A stretch of DNA of 51,236 nucleotides from Nitrospirota bacterium (GCA_040756155.1 JBFLZU010000065.1:1-51236); one strand, 5' to 3'. Shown: positions 39,884 to 48,857, counted from the stretch's first letter. Made by a program: numbers and translations. Notes: generated by a model not told the origin, from the sequence alone.

Positions 39884-41569
39884 TTAATTGGTCTTTACTA
39901 CGCTTCTCACCTCATCAACCGATGTATAGCCTTCAGCAACAAGCCTTAATCCATCCATAAAGATATTCTTCCGTTCTTTCATTATCTTCTTTATAGCGAA
40001 CACATCTTTATAAAGTATCGCCTCTACAACCTCATCGTCAAAAATTAATACCTCAACTATTGGTTTTCTACCTTTGTATCCGATGTTATTGCAGTATCCA
40101 CAGCCTGATTCATTCTTCCTGTAAATAACTTCTGTATTGAAGCCTGAATCTTTTAGAAGATTTAGATTTCCTCTGTCTTCCTTCTTGCAGTGAGAACAGA
40201 GTCCCCGTACAAGTCTCTGCGCTATGATTGAATTCACTTCTGATGCGACATCCTCTTTATCTATACCAAGATGTCTAAGCCTCATTGTTGCCTCAGCAGC
40301 GGAATTAGAATGGAGTGTGGTAAGAACTAAATGACCTGTATTTGCTGATTGAATAACTATCTCTGCGGTCTCTTCGTCCCTTATCTCACCTATAAGTATC
40401 ACATCCGGGTCATGTCTCAATATATGTCTTAATGCCTTTGAAAAGGTAAAACCCTTCAGTTCATTTACCTGAGCCTGCACCCTGAATGGATCCCTATATT
40501 CAACAGGATCCTCTATTGTAATGAGGTTCTTCTCGAATGTATTTATATATTTCATCATAGAATGAAGTGTAGTTGATTTTCCACTCCCTGTAGGACCTGT
40601 AACTATAATCATCCCCTGAGCCTCTCTAACAAGGAATATCAATGTCTTCTGTACTTCAGGCGTAAAACCAAGTGCATCCAAGGATATACTCCCAACTACT
40701 GAGCGTTTTAGCAGCCTTATATGCATGGACTGGGCTCTCTCCTGCCTGTCTGGAAGTGCAACAGGATAAACAGAGACCCTGCAGTCGACTCCTGAGAGGT
40801 CAGGATCAAGCACACCTGCATTGAAGCTACCGTCGCCTGGCAATTCCCTGTCATTTTCGGATATGTGAGACCTTAAAAATATCGCATTTATTATCTGCGT
40901 GTAGGTCTCTTCTGAAAAATGCATTATGATTCTCAGTGTCCCATCAATTCTGAAACTTACCATCCATACCCCTGGATTAAAGTGTATATCTGTTGCACCA
41001 TCGTAAAAAGCCTTTTTGATTATCATCGTGCCTATAGCAAGCCCATCCCTTGATGTATCTATCTTATGATGAATCTCAGAGACAGGTATGGATTTCCACT
41101 TTGAGTATTTCTCAACCATCAGGGTAGAGACAACATGAAGAGTTATCTGTCTATTTTGGAAGTATCTTTTTACAAAATCTATTGATTTTATATCATTAGG
41201 ATTTGTAAATCCTACGTGTACAGTTCCATTAGATTCGCTTTGCTCACTACAGGCTTCATAAAGGGGGATAACTCCCATTTTTGTTATAGAATCCACAGGA
41301 AATGATGAAAGAAGCGATGTATCTACAATATTTATAGGTGAGAAGTAAGGGTATCCTGATTGCTTTGAGACAGCCTCAGCAATGACCTCTGGATCGGTAA
41401 GCCCCAGTTCAACGAGTATCTCACAAAGGGGTTTTCTTGCTACCCTCTGTCTTGAAAGGGCAGCATCTATAAATTGCTCGGGAACACCCATCCTGATAAG
41501 TATCTTACCTATCTTATCCACTGTTGCAGTTCTTCCATGAATCCCATGAGTTCCATTCTTTCGCTCCAC
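39884..41569 (-). CDS. GspE/PilB-family assembly ATPase
   Basis: Walker A GPTGSGKSTT, DPDVILIGEIRD, His box TGHLVLTTLH, tetracysteine CSHC...CGYC, and an N-terminal GspE_N-like domain. Confidence 0.9.
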   Translation of the reverse strand: MERKNGTHGIHGRTATVDKIGKILIRMGVPEQFIDAALSRQRVARKPLCEILVELGLTDPEVIAEAVSKQSGYPYFSPINIVDTSLLSSFPVDSITKMGVIPLYEACSEQSESNGTVHVGFTNPNDIKSIDFVKRYFQNRQITLHVVSTLMVEKYSKWKSIPVSEIHHKIDTSRDGLAIGTMIIKKAFYDGATDIHFNPGVWMVSFRIDGTLRIIMHFSEETYTQIINAIFLRSHISENDRELPGDGSFNAGVLDPDLSGVDCRVSVYPVALPDRQERAQSMHIRLLKRSVVGSISLDALGFTPEVQKTLIFLVREAQGMIIVTGPTGSGKSTTLHSMMKYINTFEKNLITIEDPVEYRDPFRVQAQVNELKGFTFSKALRHILRHDPDVILIGEIRDEETAEIVIQSANTGHLVLTTLHSNSAAEATMRLRHLGIDKEDVASEVNSIIAQRLVRGLCSHCKKEDRGNLNLLKDSGFNTEVIYRKNESGCGYCNNIGYKGRKPIVEVLIFDDEVVEAILYKDVFAIKKIMKERKNIFMDGLRLVAEGYTSVDEVRSVVKTN

Positions 41570-41582
41570 TCAAGACATGTCT

Positions 41583-42155
41583 TTAATATTCCTCATTGAA
41601 GATGAACCTTACGGTCTTAAGATTTCCTGTGCCTTCAATTATTACCCTTCCCGTAGATGGGCTGGATTCTTTATCTATGGCTTTATCTATTTCATTTGCA
41701 ATGTCTGATGGAACATTGGTCACATATATATTGTGGTCATAGGCATTCCCATTGCCATTGAGGTCTACACTCCTCTTATAGGATATATAGCCATTTGCAA
41801 TCCCCGTGGCAGGGTTGTTACTGATCAGTTTTCCTCCGCCTTTTATATACGGACCTCTCCAGTAATCTCTAACATCAACGCCCATAAGGGTATTCTGAGC
41901 AGCGTCCTTATCCCATAGAGCCTTTATATCATCTTCAGATGTATAGGTTCCTGTATCCATCTTGAACCGCTCTTCTGCCGCTGCATACTGCTCAGCCTTC
42001 GTGATAAGAGCAGCCGAATTTGCTCTGTTTGTGTTCATTAGAGTAATTATCGTTCCTGCAAGAATAGCGATGATTACTATCACAAAGATCAATTCAATCA
42101 GTGTAAAACCTCTTTTATCCTTAATCTTCAATCCCGAATCCTTACTTATAAACAT
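41583..42155 (-). CDS. Major prepilin with long (16-residue) leader, type IVb-like
   Basis: MFISKDSGLKIKDKRG|FTLIELIFVIVIIAILAG. 190 aa. Confidence 0.8.
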   Translation of the reverse strand: MFISKDSGLKIKDKRGFTLIELIFVIVIIAILAGTIITLMNTNRANSAALITKAEQYAAAEERFKMDTGTYTSEDDIKALWDKDAAQNTLMGVDVRDYWRGPYIKGGGKLISNNPATGIANGYISYKRSVDLNGNGNAYDHNIYVTNVPSDIANEIDKAIDKESSPSTGRVIIEGTGNLKTVRFIFNEEY

Positions 42156-42161
42156 AACGCT

Positions 42162-42713
42162 TTACCTCCTTTCTTTTTCCTTCACATAGAGCTTAAAATC
42201 GAATATTAGTTTTCCTTCTTTTGCCTCCATTCTGTCTACTGAGACAGGAAATATCTCTTCGATAAGCTCGAGAAATCTTGCAAGTTCTGAAAGTGTATTG
42301 TATGCAACCTCAAACTGCAATGGAATGAAAGTTCCAATACCATCCCTTCTTGCCATATCAGTTATTTTTATACTTGATACTTTTTGATTTTTTGGTGAGG
42401 CCTTGAGTCTGTAAATCGACGATAATTTTTTTACACCATACTGAAAAGCAGAATAACTGTTTTCGCTTCCAAACAGAACTACGGGTTTAACAGGAAGTTG
42501 CCTGACCTTATCACTAAGGTTTCTATACTCCGAGATTTGGTATCTTAGAAGACTTGATTCTTCTCTGAGTTTGTACTTGCTGTTTATCAGATTACTTATA
42601 ACCAGCAATTGACCTATCAGCAATACTGTAAATAGCATCGTCCATGCGATGAGTCTTTGTCGAAAACTTAATCTTAAGGGAATTGCTTGTCCCTTCCCAG
42701 AAGGCATTCGCAT
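42162..42713 (-). CDS. Bitopic GspM/PilO-like assembly protein
   Basis: 183 aa. Basic N-terminus, then a single TM (IAWTMLFTVLLIGQLLVI) and a periplasmic domain. The track ORF overlaps the upstream gene by 122 nt, so the true start is uncertain. Confidence 0.4.
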   Translation of the reverse strand: MRMPSGKGQAIPLRLSFRQRLIAWTMLFTVLLIGQLLVISNLINSKYKLREESSLLRYQISEYRNLSDKVRQLPVKPVVLFGSENSYSAFQYGVKKLSSIYRLKASPKNQKVSSIKITDMARRDGIGTFIPLQFEVAYNTLSELARFLELIEEIFPVSVDRMEAKEGKLIFDFKLYVKEKERR

Positions 42714-43614
42714 TCTTTACCTCCCTTTTTACTACCTTAAAGGCACCTATGAAATCAGCAGAATCCTTAAACCTCATAATAACTTCAAGGTTATTCCTTT
42801 TGCCAACAACCTCTATCGAGTCATATTTACAAGTCTTTAAAAACTCAATGGTCTTTAACACATCTTTAAAAGATACACCCTGCTTTTTAATAATATAACC
42901 ACCTCTTTCAGCTATCAGTCTCTCGAGTTTGTTCTCTTCTGAATAAATATCGCTATGGAGGTTCAATTCAGCAGACCTCAAATTCGAGATGGATATAAGA
43001 AGGCTCAAAAGCACAAGGAAAGAAATGGCATTTCCAGCAATGCCAGCAGAAATTATCCTTTTTATCCTTCTCTTTTTCTCTATATAAGGATTCCTATAAA
43101 AATATTCCTTCCCAGCCCTTTTTATTGAATCCGAAAATTGCTCAAACGGTATATTATATCCGTATATATGCGTCTCTGGTATTTTACCCAGCCTCAGATA
43201 TGAAACAGTATTTTCGATCTCACCCTCGATTGAATCTCCCACATTTACCATGTATCTCGTGATATCTATTGCACCTTCTGAGTTTACATAGCTGATGAGC
43301 AGTATCTCGATGTCCTTAAACCATACACCAGTAAGCGTAGATGGCTCTCTCTTAAAAAATATCAATGGATTCGTTATAAAACACTCTTTCTGTCTTACTT
43401 CCTCAAACATCTCACTTGACTTTTCAGAATAAACAAGATCACCAATCTCGATAGATATATCTTTGTAGATATTTCTCGTGCAGGATGTATCCCCGGAGAA
43501 ATAAAGAACAGTCGCTCTCTCAGGGATATCTCCTACACTTTCTGCATCTTTTCCATCAAACATGATAATCGTCTTAGGTTCTTCATTAATTACAAGATAC
43601 ATCTCACTATTCAC
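42592..43614 (-). CDS. GspL / PilM-PilN-like assembly protein (cytoplasmic domain, one TM, periplasmic domain)
   Basis: 340 aa. Central TM AGIAGNAISFLVLLSLLISI. The call rests on architecture and position only. Confidence 0.4.
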   Translation of the reverse strand: MNSEMYLVINEEPKTIIMFDGKDAESVGDIPERATVLYFSGDTSCTRNIYKDISIEIGDLVYSEKSSEMFEEVRQKECFITNPLIFFKREPSTLTGVWFKDIEILLISYVNSEGAIDITRYMVNVGDSIEGEIENTVSYLRLGKIPETHIYGYNIPFEQFSDSIKRAGKEYFYRNPYIEKKRRIKRIISAGIAGNAISFLVLLSLLISISNLRSAELNLHSDIYSEENKLERLIAERGGYIIKKQGVSFKDVLKTIEFLKTCKYDSIEVVGKRNNLEVIMRFKDSADFIGAFKVVKREVKNANAFWEGTSNSLKIKFSTKTHRMDDAIYSIADRSIAGYK

Positions 43615-43634
43615 TGTTCACTATTTATGGCATC

Positions 43635-44438
43635 TTATGGCATCGTTGATGGCACAGGAGAAATACTGCCCTTCTCTATTGGAAATGGAAATGGCTGTAC
43701 CCTCTGGGGATGCCTCTGGTATGTACCGTCTGGTGCATACCTCTGCTCAGGACTTGAAGTACGCATAGATGCAGAGGGAAGTATCATCCTTTCCATTCCA
43801 TCCTTCTCGACAAGGACATAATCATAAGTAATCCTCTTTATTTTATATGTCCCTATCTGAGCACCATCTATAATGTTATACCTTCTTCTACCATATACCG
43901 CTATGGCAGTCATCCGCTTCCCTGTATTTATGATGCCAGATACCTCAAGGACAGGCTCTTTATCTTCTTCTTTCATTTCAAAGCCAGGAAGGGCGATAGA
44001 GCCTTGAATCTTGATCAGACTGCTTTCAAGTGTTCCTTTTTTGACCTTTGCCTCTACCTCAGTTAGTTCACCCTCTCTTTTCTTTTTCTTTATCTCGGTC
44101 ATTATAGCTTCGAGTTTTGCTTCATCCTCCGCCTTAGATATCCTTTCCTTTCTTTCTTGTTTTTCTATATCTTCCTTCCTGAAGATGTCGTATACCTTGG
44201 TCACAGGTATTTTTACTGTTGTCTGTGGTGCCTCCTCTTTCCTTTCAGGGATTGATGGCTGTTTTGGTTCAGCCTTTACAGGAAAACCCTTATCGCTTTT
44301 TGTAAAAAGAGGCGGTCTTTCAGGGACGCTCTTCATCTGGGAATTTATGTAGATTATAGTTGCAAGCGATGAAACTCCTATAATACCAAGAAAAACAAAA
44401 GCATATTTTTTGTATTTTTTAATGTCTATCTTTAGCAT
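43635..44438 (-). CDS. PilP/GspC-like bitopic protein
   Basis: 267 aa. N-terminal TM, Lys/Glu-rich linker, and a C-terminal beta-rich segment (VSGIINTGKRMTAIAVYGRRRYNIIDGAQIGTYKIKRITYDYVLVEKDG). Confidence 0.4.
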   Translation of the reverse strand: MLKIDIKKYKKYAFVFLGIIGVSSLATIIYINSQMKSVPERPPLFTKSDKGFPVKAEPKQPSIPERKEEAPQTTVKIPVTKVYDIFRKEDIEKQERKERISKAEDEAKLEAIMTEIKKKKREGELTEVEAKVKKGTLESSLIKIQGSIALPGFEMKEEDKEPVLEVSGIINTGKRMTAIAVYGRRRYNIIDGAQIGTYKIKRITYDYVLVEKDGMERMILPSASMRTSSPEQRYAPDGTYQRHPQRVQPFPFPIEKGSISPVPSTMP

Positions 44439-44534
44439 ACCCCATATACGGCTTTACGCTTAGCCGTCCTCCTTTCTTTTTATTACTACCATATTGAGCC
44501 TGAATGGGCTATTATCCACAGGCTTAAACTATTT

Positions 44535-45287
44535 TTAATATTCCTGAACCGCATATACCCATTCCCTTTCACCCCATGGAGTATCAAAGCCAATCCTGCA
44601 GTTATACGGTGGAACAGGACTTAAAGATGAAGAGAAATTATCAAAGAAATACGATGTATTCCATCCTGTCTTCCTGCAGTTAATCTTAAGAACAGTGCAA
44701 ACATTTGTGTCTTCAAGGGTTGCAAATGCTGTGCAATTAAACTCTCCAGCACCATTACATGTGTTCTTCTTAAAATAGTTTTTTGTAAAATCATGATATG
44801 GGTCTGCTAAATACTTTGCCTTATGATACTGTTCAAGTTTAAATGCAATATCCTCTGCATATCTCCTCGTCTGCTCATAGAGTTCCTTCTGTATCTTAAA
44901 GCCATCAACCACCAGAACATAATCCTGAGAAGTTGATATCTCCCCTGTTGATTGGTTAACTGTGGTTTTATCATCCTCCAGAAGTATCAACACAAAATTA
45001 TGATAATAAATACCTGTCCTGTTAAGCCTTCCGGTCGAAGCAGTCCTTACCCTGTACTTCTTTGACGGCACTACAGGAAGGCTCACAACCCCTTCCTGAC
45101 TGTCAATCTCTCTTGCGTTCTCTTTATAGTATTTCTCATAATATCCATTAAGACTTTTCAGATATGCCATCTTGTCTTCTTTTATAACCCTAGGTTCATA
45201 AAGTAGAGCGAATATCAATGCGCCACCTGCTACAGAAAACAAGATATAAACCAAGATTATAAGGATAGAACCATTCTCACTTCTCAT
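44535..45287 (-). CDS. Pilin-like protein lacking Phe+1/Glu+5 (GspK/minor-pilin-like), paralog-like to 37920-38852
   Basis: MRSENG|SILIILVYILFSVAGG. C-terminal FDTPWGEREWVYAVQEY parallels TTTPWGETIVKTVFGVY of the 310-aa pilin-like protein. Confidence 0.45.
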   Translation of the reverse strand: MRSENGSILIILVYILFSVAGGALIFALLYEPRVIKEDKMAYLKSLNGYYEKYYKENAREIDSQEGVVSLPVVPSKKYRVRTASTGRLNRTGIYYHNFVLILLEDDKTTVNQSTGEISTSQDYVLVVDGFKIQKELYEQTRRYAEDIAFKLEQYHKAKYLADPYHDFTKNYFKKNTCNGAGEFNCTAFATLEDTNVCTVLKINCRKTGWNTSYFFDNFSSSLSPVPPYNCRIGFDTPWGEREWVYAVQEY

Positions 45288-46909
45288 TTCTCATTTTTTT
45301 CACTTCTAAACGGTATCCCTTCAGTCAGTTTTGTTACCCTTAAAGCAATCACAAGTTCTGATTTTACAATGGAGTCACTATGACTCTTGAAAAGTTCTCC
45401 GAATATCGGTATCTTTGAAAGTATCGGAACACCCTGCGTTGTCCTGGAGGCGCTTTCTTTCTGAACCCCTCCAATAACTATAGTGCTTCCAGATTTAATT
45501 CTTAACTGCTGATAGGATTGCTTAAGCGTTAAAATAGGGTTTTCTGTTGTATTACTCCCAATAGTAACCTCCTTAAAAGACTCGATGTTTGAAAGTATCG
45601 GTATTAAGGTAAGACCTATGGTCTCTCCATCTTCCTCGACATGAGGTCTTACCCACAGAGACACCCCCTCCTGCGCCCTTTCAATGTTGAATGAAGTTGT
45701 AACAGGCGTTGTTCCAGTAGTTGCAGTGCTGTATGTCTGCTGGACACTGGAAACATAAGGAGTTGATTTTGTGGACATTATTGACGCTGGCATGTTATTT
45801 ATAATAAGCTGTCTTGGTTGAGCAAGAACCTTTGTTAACCCCTGCTCCTCAAGGGCTTTTAATATCGTAGAGAAATGGTTCGAATCCCTTTTGTATTCAA
45901 TCGTTATAAAAGGAGTAGTTATCTTCGTTGCACCACTCTGAGAGGCTGTAAGCCTGCCCCCTTCTATCTGAGCCAGCTTGCTCCAATCAATTCCAAATTT
46001 AAATGCATCAGAAAGTGTCACCTCTACAATCATTGCCTCTATGTAAAGCAATTGCCCCATCTCATCCTTGAATCGTTTCAGATAAGATTCAACAGATGCA
46101 ACATTTGAAGGATAATCAGTTACAATCAGGTTACCCGAAATCCAGTCAAAGACAGCCCTGCCCTCAGGAGAGATAAACATCTTAACCGTTGACTCAAATG
46201 TCTTTTTTGTATCTTCTTTGTCTTCTTTTGATACAGAAAATAGTGCCTTGATGTTTGACTGTGTGCCTCCCTGTGAACTTGTAGTACCGGATGTTCCTCC
46301 TGAAGATGATGAAATCACATCGTTTGATACATCGTATTTAACAGAACCACCACTTTGGTCAAAAACTGCAAGTGGAAGCTTAGATGTCTTTGTGAGGTAT
46401 TTTGATACGGTGATGACTTTTTCCTTACCATTGATATCCACAAAATACGATGCACTCTCTACTATTGACCTTATCGCTCTGGATACTGGAAGATTTCTTA
46501 TGTTCACATCAACAGGCTTTTGAGCATTAACACCATCGCCGTAAATTATGTTGTAATCTGATGCTATTGCTGAGAGAATATCTCTTAATGGACATGACGC
46601 ACAGTTTACATCAACCATCCTTTCTTCATAATGGCGAGATTTTTCTGAAACTTCTGTTTCGTTTAGACCGACATCACCGATCTCTGGCGACCCTCCATCC
46701 TTATCCTTTCTCTGTGTATCTATTTTTGTTACGCGTATTGGTTTTTCTTCTTTGATGATAATAGGTTTTTCTCCTGAGAATTCACGGTCTTTTACAGCCT
46801 CAGCTGAAGACTGATATGTCTCATGTGGAACTTTCTCAACTGTTGCACAGGAAGTAAATAAAAAAACAGCGATTATTAATATAATTATTTCAGTTGGTCT
46901 TAACTTCAT
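45284..46909 (-). CDS. Secretin (PilQ/GspD/R64-PilN-like), lipoprotein-type signal
   Basis: 541 aa. Lipobox LFTSC. Secretin-domain pattern VLAQPRQLIINNMPASI ... GVPILSKIPIFGELFKS. Confidence 0.85.
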   Translation of the reverse strand: MKLRPTEIIILIIAVFLFTSCATVEKVPHETYQSSAEAVKDREFSGEKPIIIKEEKPIRVTKIDTQRKDKDGGSPEIGDVGLNETEVSEKSRHYEERMVDVNCASCPLRDILSAIASDYNIIYGDGVNAQKPVDVNIRNLPVSRAIRSIVESASYFVDINGKEKVITVSKYLTKTSKLPLAVFDQSGGSVKYDVSNDVISSSSGGTSGTTSSQGGTQSNIKALFSVSKEDKEDTKKTFESTVKMFISPEGRAVFDWISGNLIVTDYPSNVASVESYLKRFKDEMGQLLYIEAMIVEVTLSDAFKFGIDWSKLAQIEGGRLTASQSGATKITTPFITIEYKRDSNHFSTILKALEEQGLTKVLAQPRQLIINNMPASIMSTKSTPYVSSVQQTYSTATTGTTPVTTSFNIERAQEGVSLWVRPHVEEDGETIGLTLIPILSNIESFKEVTIGSNTTENPILTLKQSYQQLRIKSGSTIVIGGVQKESASRTTQGVPILSKIPIFGELFKSHSDSIVKSELVIALRVTKLTEGIPFRSEKNEK

Positions 46910-46926
46910 CGTTCTTAACTTAATAA

Positions 46927-47487
46927 CTACTCATAAATTATTATCTCCGCTCTTCTATCTCTCTCTTTATCTGCAGTATTGCTTTCTCTCGCTTCAATAT
47001 CTATAGGTGTATTTATTCCAAGAAAACGCAAATAGTTAACGATTGCCATAGCTCTTTTTGTCCTTAAATTAGTGTTTCTCTGAGCCGATCCATCAGGACT
47101 TGAGTATCCAACTGCTACAACTTTATTTTTTGAGTTTTTGAGATTATATTTATTAGCCGCATACTTAATAGTCAGCTTTGCGTAATCACTCAAAGAATAT
47201 CCAGCCTCAGGAAAAAACACTGAAACAATGGTATTCTCCTTTACAGGAACTATGCCTTTGGTTTTTGTTATATTCTCTGGATTGTTGTAAATAACTGATA
47301 TCTTTTCAACATTATCCAGCCTTGCAATCAATTTTTGTTGTGAATGCTCTATATTGTTGACCCTGAGTAAAAGATATTCGTAATAAGCCTGAAGTTCCCT
47401 GATTTTTTTATAAATATCGTCACCCCAGACCGAGTTGGCAAAACTGCTAAACAAAACCAGCATGAAAAATAGCAGGATATTCCTCAT
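46927..47487 (-). CDS. OmpA_C-like peptidoglycan-binding protein
   Basis: 186 aa with a signal peptide. VAVGYSSPDGSAQRNTNLRTKRAMAIVNYL ... RRAEIIIYE. Confidence 0.65.
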   Translation of the reverse strand: MRNILLFFMLVLFSSFANSVWGDDIYKKIRELQAYYEYLLLRVNNIEHSQQKLIARLDNVEKISVIYNNPENITKTKGIVPVKENTIVSVFFPEAGYSLSDYAKLTIKYAANKYNLKNSKNKVVAVGYSSPDGSAQRNTNLRTKRAMAIVNYLRFLGINTPIDIEARESNTADKERDRRAEIIIYE

Positions 47488-48107
47488 TTCCCATCATCCA
47501 GAAACTTAAATATCAGACCGTTTTTTGTAAAGATACCCTCGCCTTTCCTTACAGCAAGTTTTGTAATATATTTATCATTCACAGTCTCTACAATATAATC
47601 TGTGGAATCCCTTCTGATTTTGTAGGCATGGTCATTTATAATAAGGATATCACCATTTGAGAAAGCGATAATCGAGTGAGGACTGCCCTTCACCAAGTGC
47701 TTTACCGATTCGAGGGTAACAACATCTGTTTTGTCTTTTTTTGTGTATGTATTGTATGCAATCATGTGTATATCCGCCTTATCAGACACTTTAATTTCTT
47801 CGGGTTTCTTTTCCTCTTTCGAAGGAGAAGTCTTTTCAACTTCTTGAACGTGCTGGAACTTAATCTCTCCAGGGAATACAACAACAGGGGTTTCATGTGC
47901 CGGAATCATAACTCCACCTATAACCATATTGGGGAATCTCACATTCTGAACTACAGGCTCTTTCCAGACAAACGCCTTTTTATCTTTTAGAGCATTTTCA
48001 TTAATTGAATGGACCCTATGTTCTTGATCTCTGTTCTCAAAAAGATAGGGGAGGTAAGTGCATCCAGAACTAAACACCAATATCAAAGATAAAACAATAC
48101 TTCTCAT
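47484..48107 (-). CDS. Hypothetical lipoprotein (pilotin/PilL-position)
   Basis: 207 aa. Lipobox VFSSGC. 4-bp overlaps on both sides. Confidence 0.45.
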   Translation of the reverse strand: MRSIVLSLILVFSSGCTYLPYLFENRDQEHRVHSINENALKDKKAFVWKEPVVQNVRFPNMVIGGVMIPAHETPVVVFPGEIKFQHVQEVEKTSPSKEEKKPEEIKVSDKADIHMIAYNTYTKKDKTDVVTLESVKHLVKGSPHSIIAFSNGDILIINDHAYKIRRDSTDYIVETVNDKYITKLAVRKGEGIFTKNGLIFKFLDDGK

Positions 48108-48829
48108 AAGAAATACCCTCTGAGAAATTCGATTGCCTCTTTTTCTATCTGTCGTATCCTCGTTACTGTCAATCCATATACCTCTGCAACCCTATGGTAA
48201 TCAAAACTGAAACTATAGAGTAAACGCAGTATGTTCTGCGACCTCAGTGGTAATGGCTTTATTAATTCTTCTATGAAATCGCCATTTATCAATTTCAATG
48301 CCTTTTTCTCAATCTCTATTACCTCTTCAACGGTTAAGCCTTCACTCTCAGCAACCCTATCAGGAGATTCCACAACATAGCCACATATCCCCCATAGCCT
48401 GCAGACAGTTCTCCTTTGTTGTGCAGATAGTAATATCAGGGTATTGTAGTTGGCACCGTTACTCCTTATGCCAAAAGATCCAATTTTAGCCCTGAGATTC
48501 AGTCTGTCATCATCGAGACTGACACAAGCATAAATGTTGTCTTCTTTTTTTGTAATCTCTGAAAATGATTTATGCAGATACCAGTAAAAGATATCAGTAA
48601 ATTTAACTTTTCTTACCTTATATTTAAGTAACCCTCTCTTTTCCCTATAATTGATCTCGTAGCAATTTAGATTATAGTAATCTCTTGCTTTACTGAAGGC
48701 TATAAATGATTCATTCAGGAAGTCGTCCATATCCAGATACCTGGCCCTACGGGTATATAACTTAGCTATTTTCTTGACAAGCCCAATATTCTCTTTTAAG
48801 AATGTTATAATATCAGCATCATCATTCAT
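48104..48829 (-). CDS. Sigma-70-family RNA polymerase sigma factor with two region-4-like HTH segments
   Basis: Region 2-like NIGLVKKIAKLYTRRARYLDMDDFLNESFIAFSKARDYY and FTDIFYWYLHKSF. Two sigma-4-like blocks: LSAQQRRTVCRLWG..VAESEGLTVEEVIEIEKKALKLI and LPLRSQNILRLLYS..VAEVYGLTVTRIRQIEKEAIEFLR. Confidence 0.65.
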   Translation of the reverse strand: MNDDADIITFLKENIGLVKKIAKLYTRRARYLDMDDFLNESFIAFSKARDYYNLNCYEINYREKRGLLKYKVRKVKFTDIFYWYLHKSFSEITKKEDNIYACVSLDDDRLNLRAKIGSFGIRSNGANYNTLILLSAQQRRTVCRLWGICGYVVESPDRVAESEGLTVEEVIEIEKKALKLINGDFIEELIKPLPLRSQNILRLLYSFSFDYHRVAEVYGLTVTRIRQIEKEAIEFLRGYFL

Positions 48830-48857
48830 CTTTCATCCATTCATTGAGATTCATCGT

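Noticed and set aside
45877-45887. GGTTCGAATCC, a tRNA T-arm-like motif that could mark a tRNA/att site
   Set aside because: It lies inside the uninterrupted 541-aa secretin ORF. The flanking bases do not form T-stem or acceptor-stem pairings. No tRNA-like cloverleaf was found anywhere in the window.
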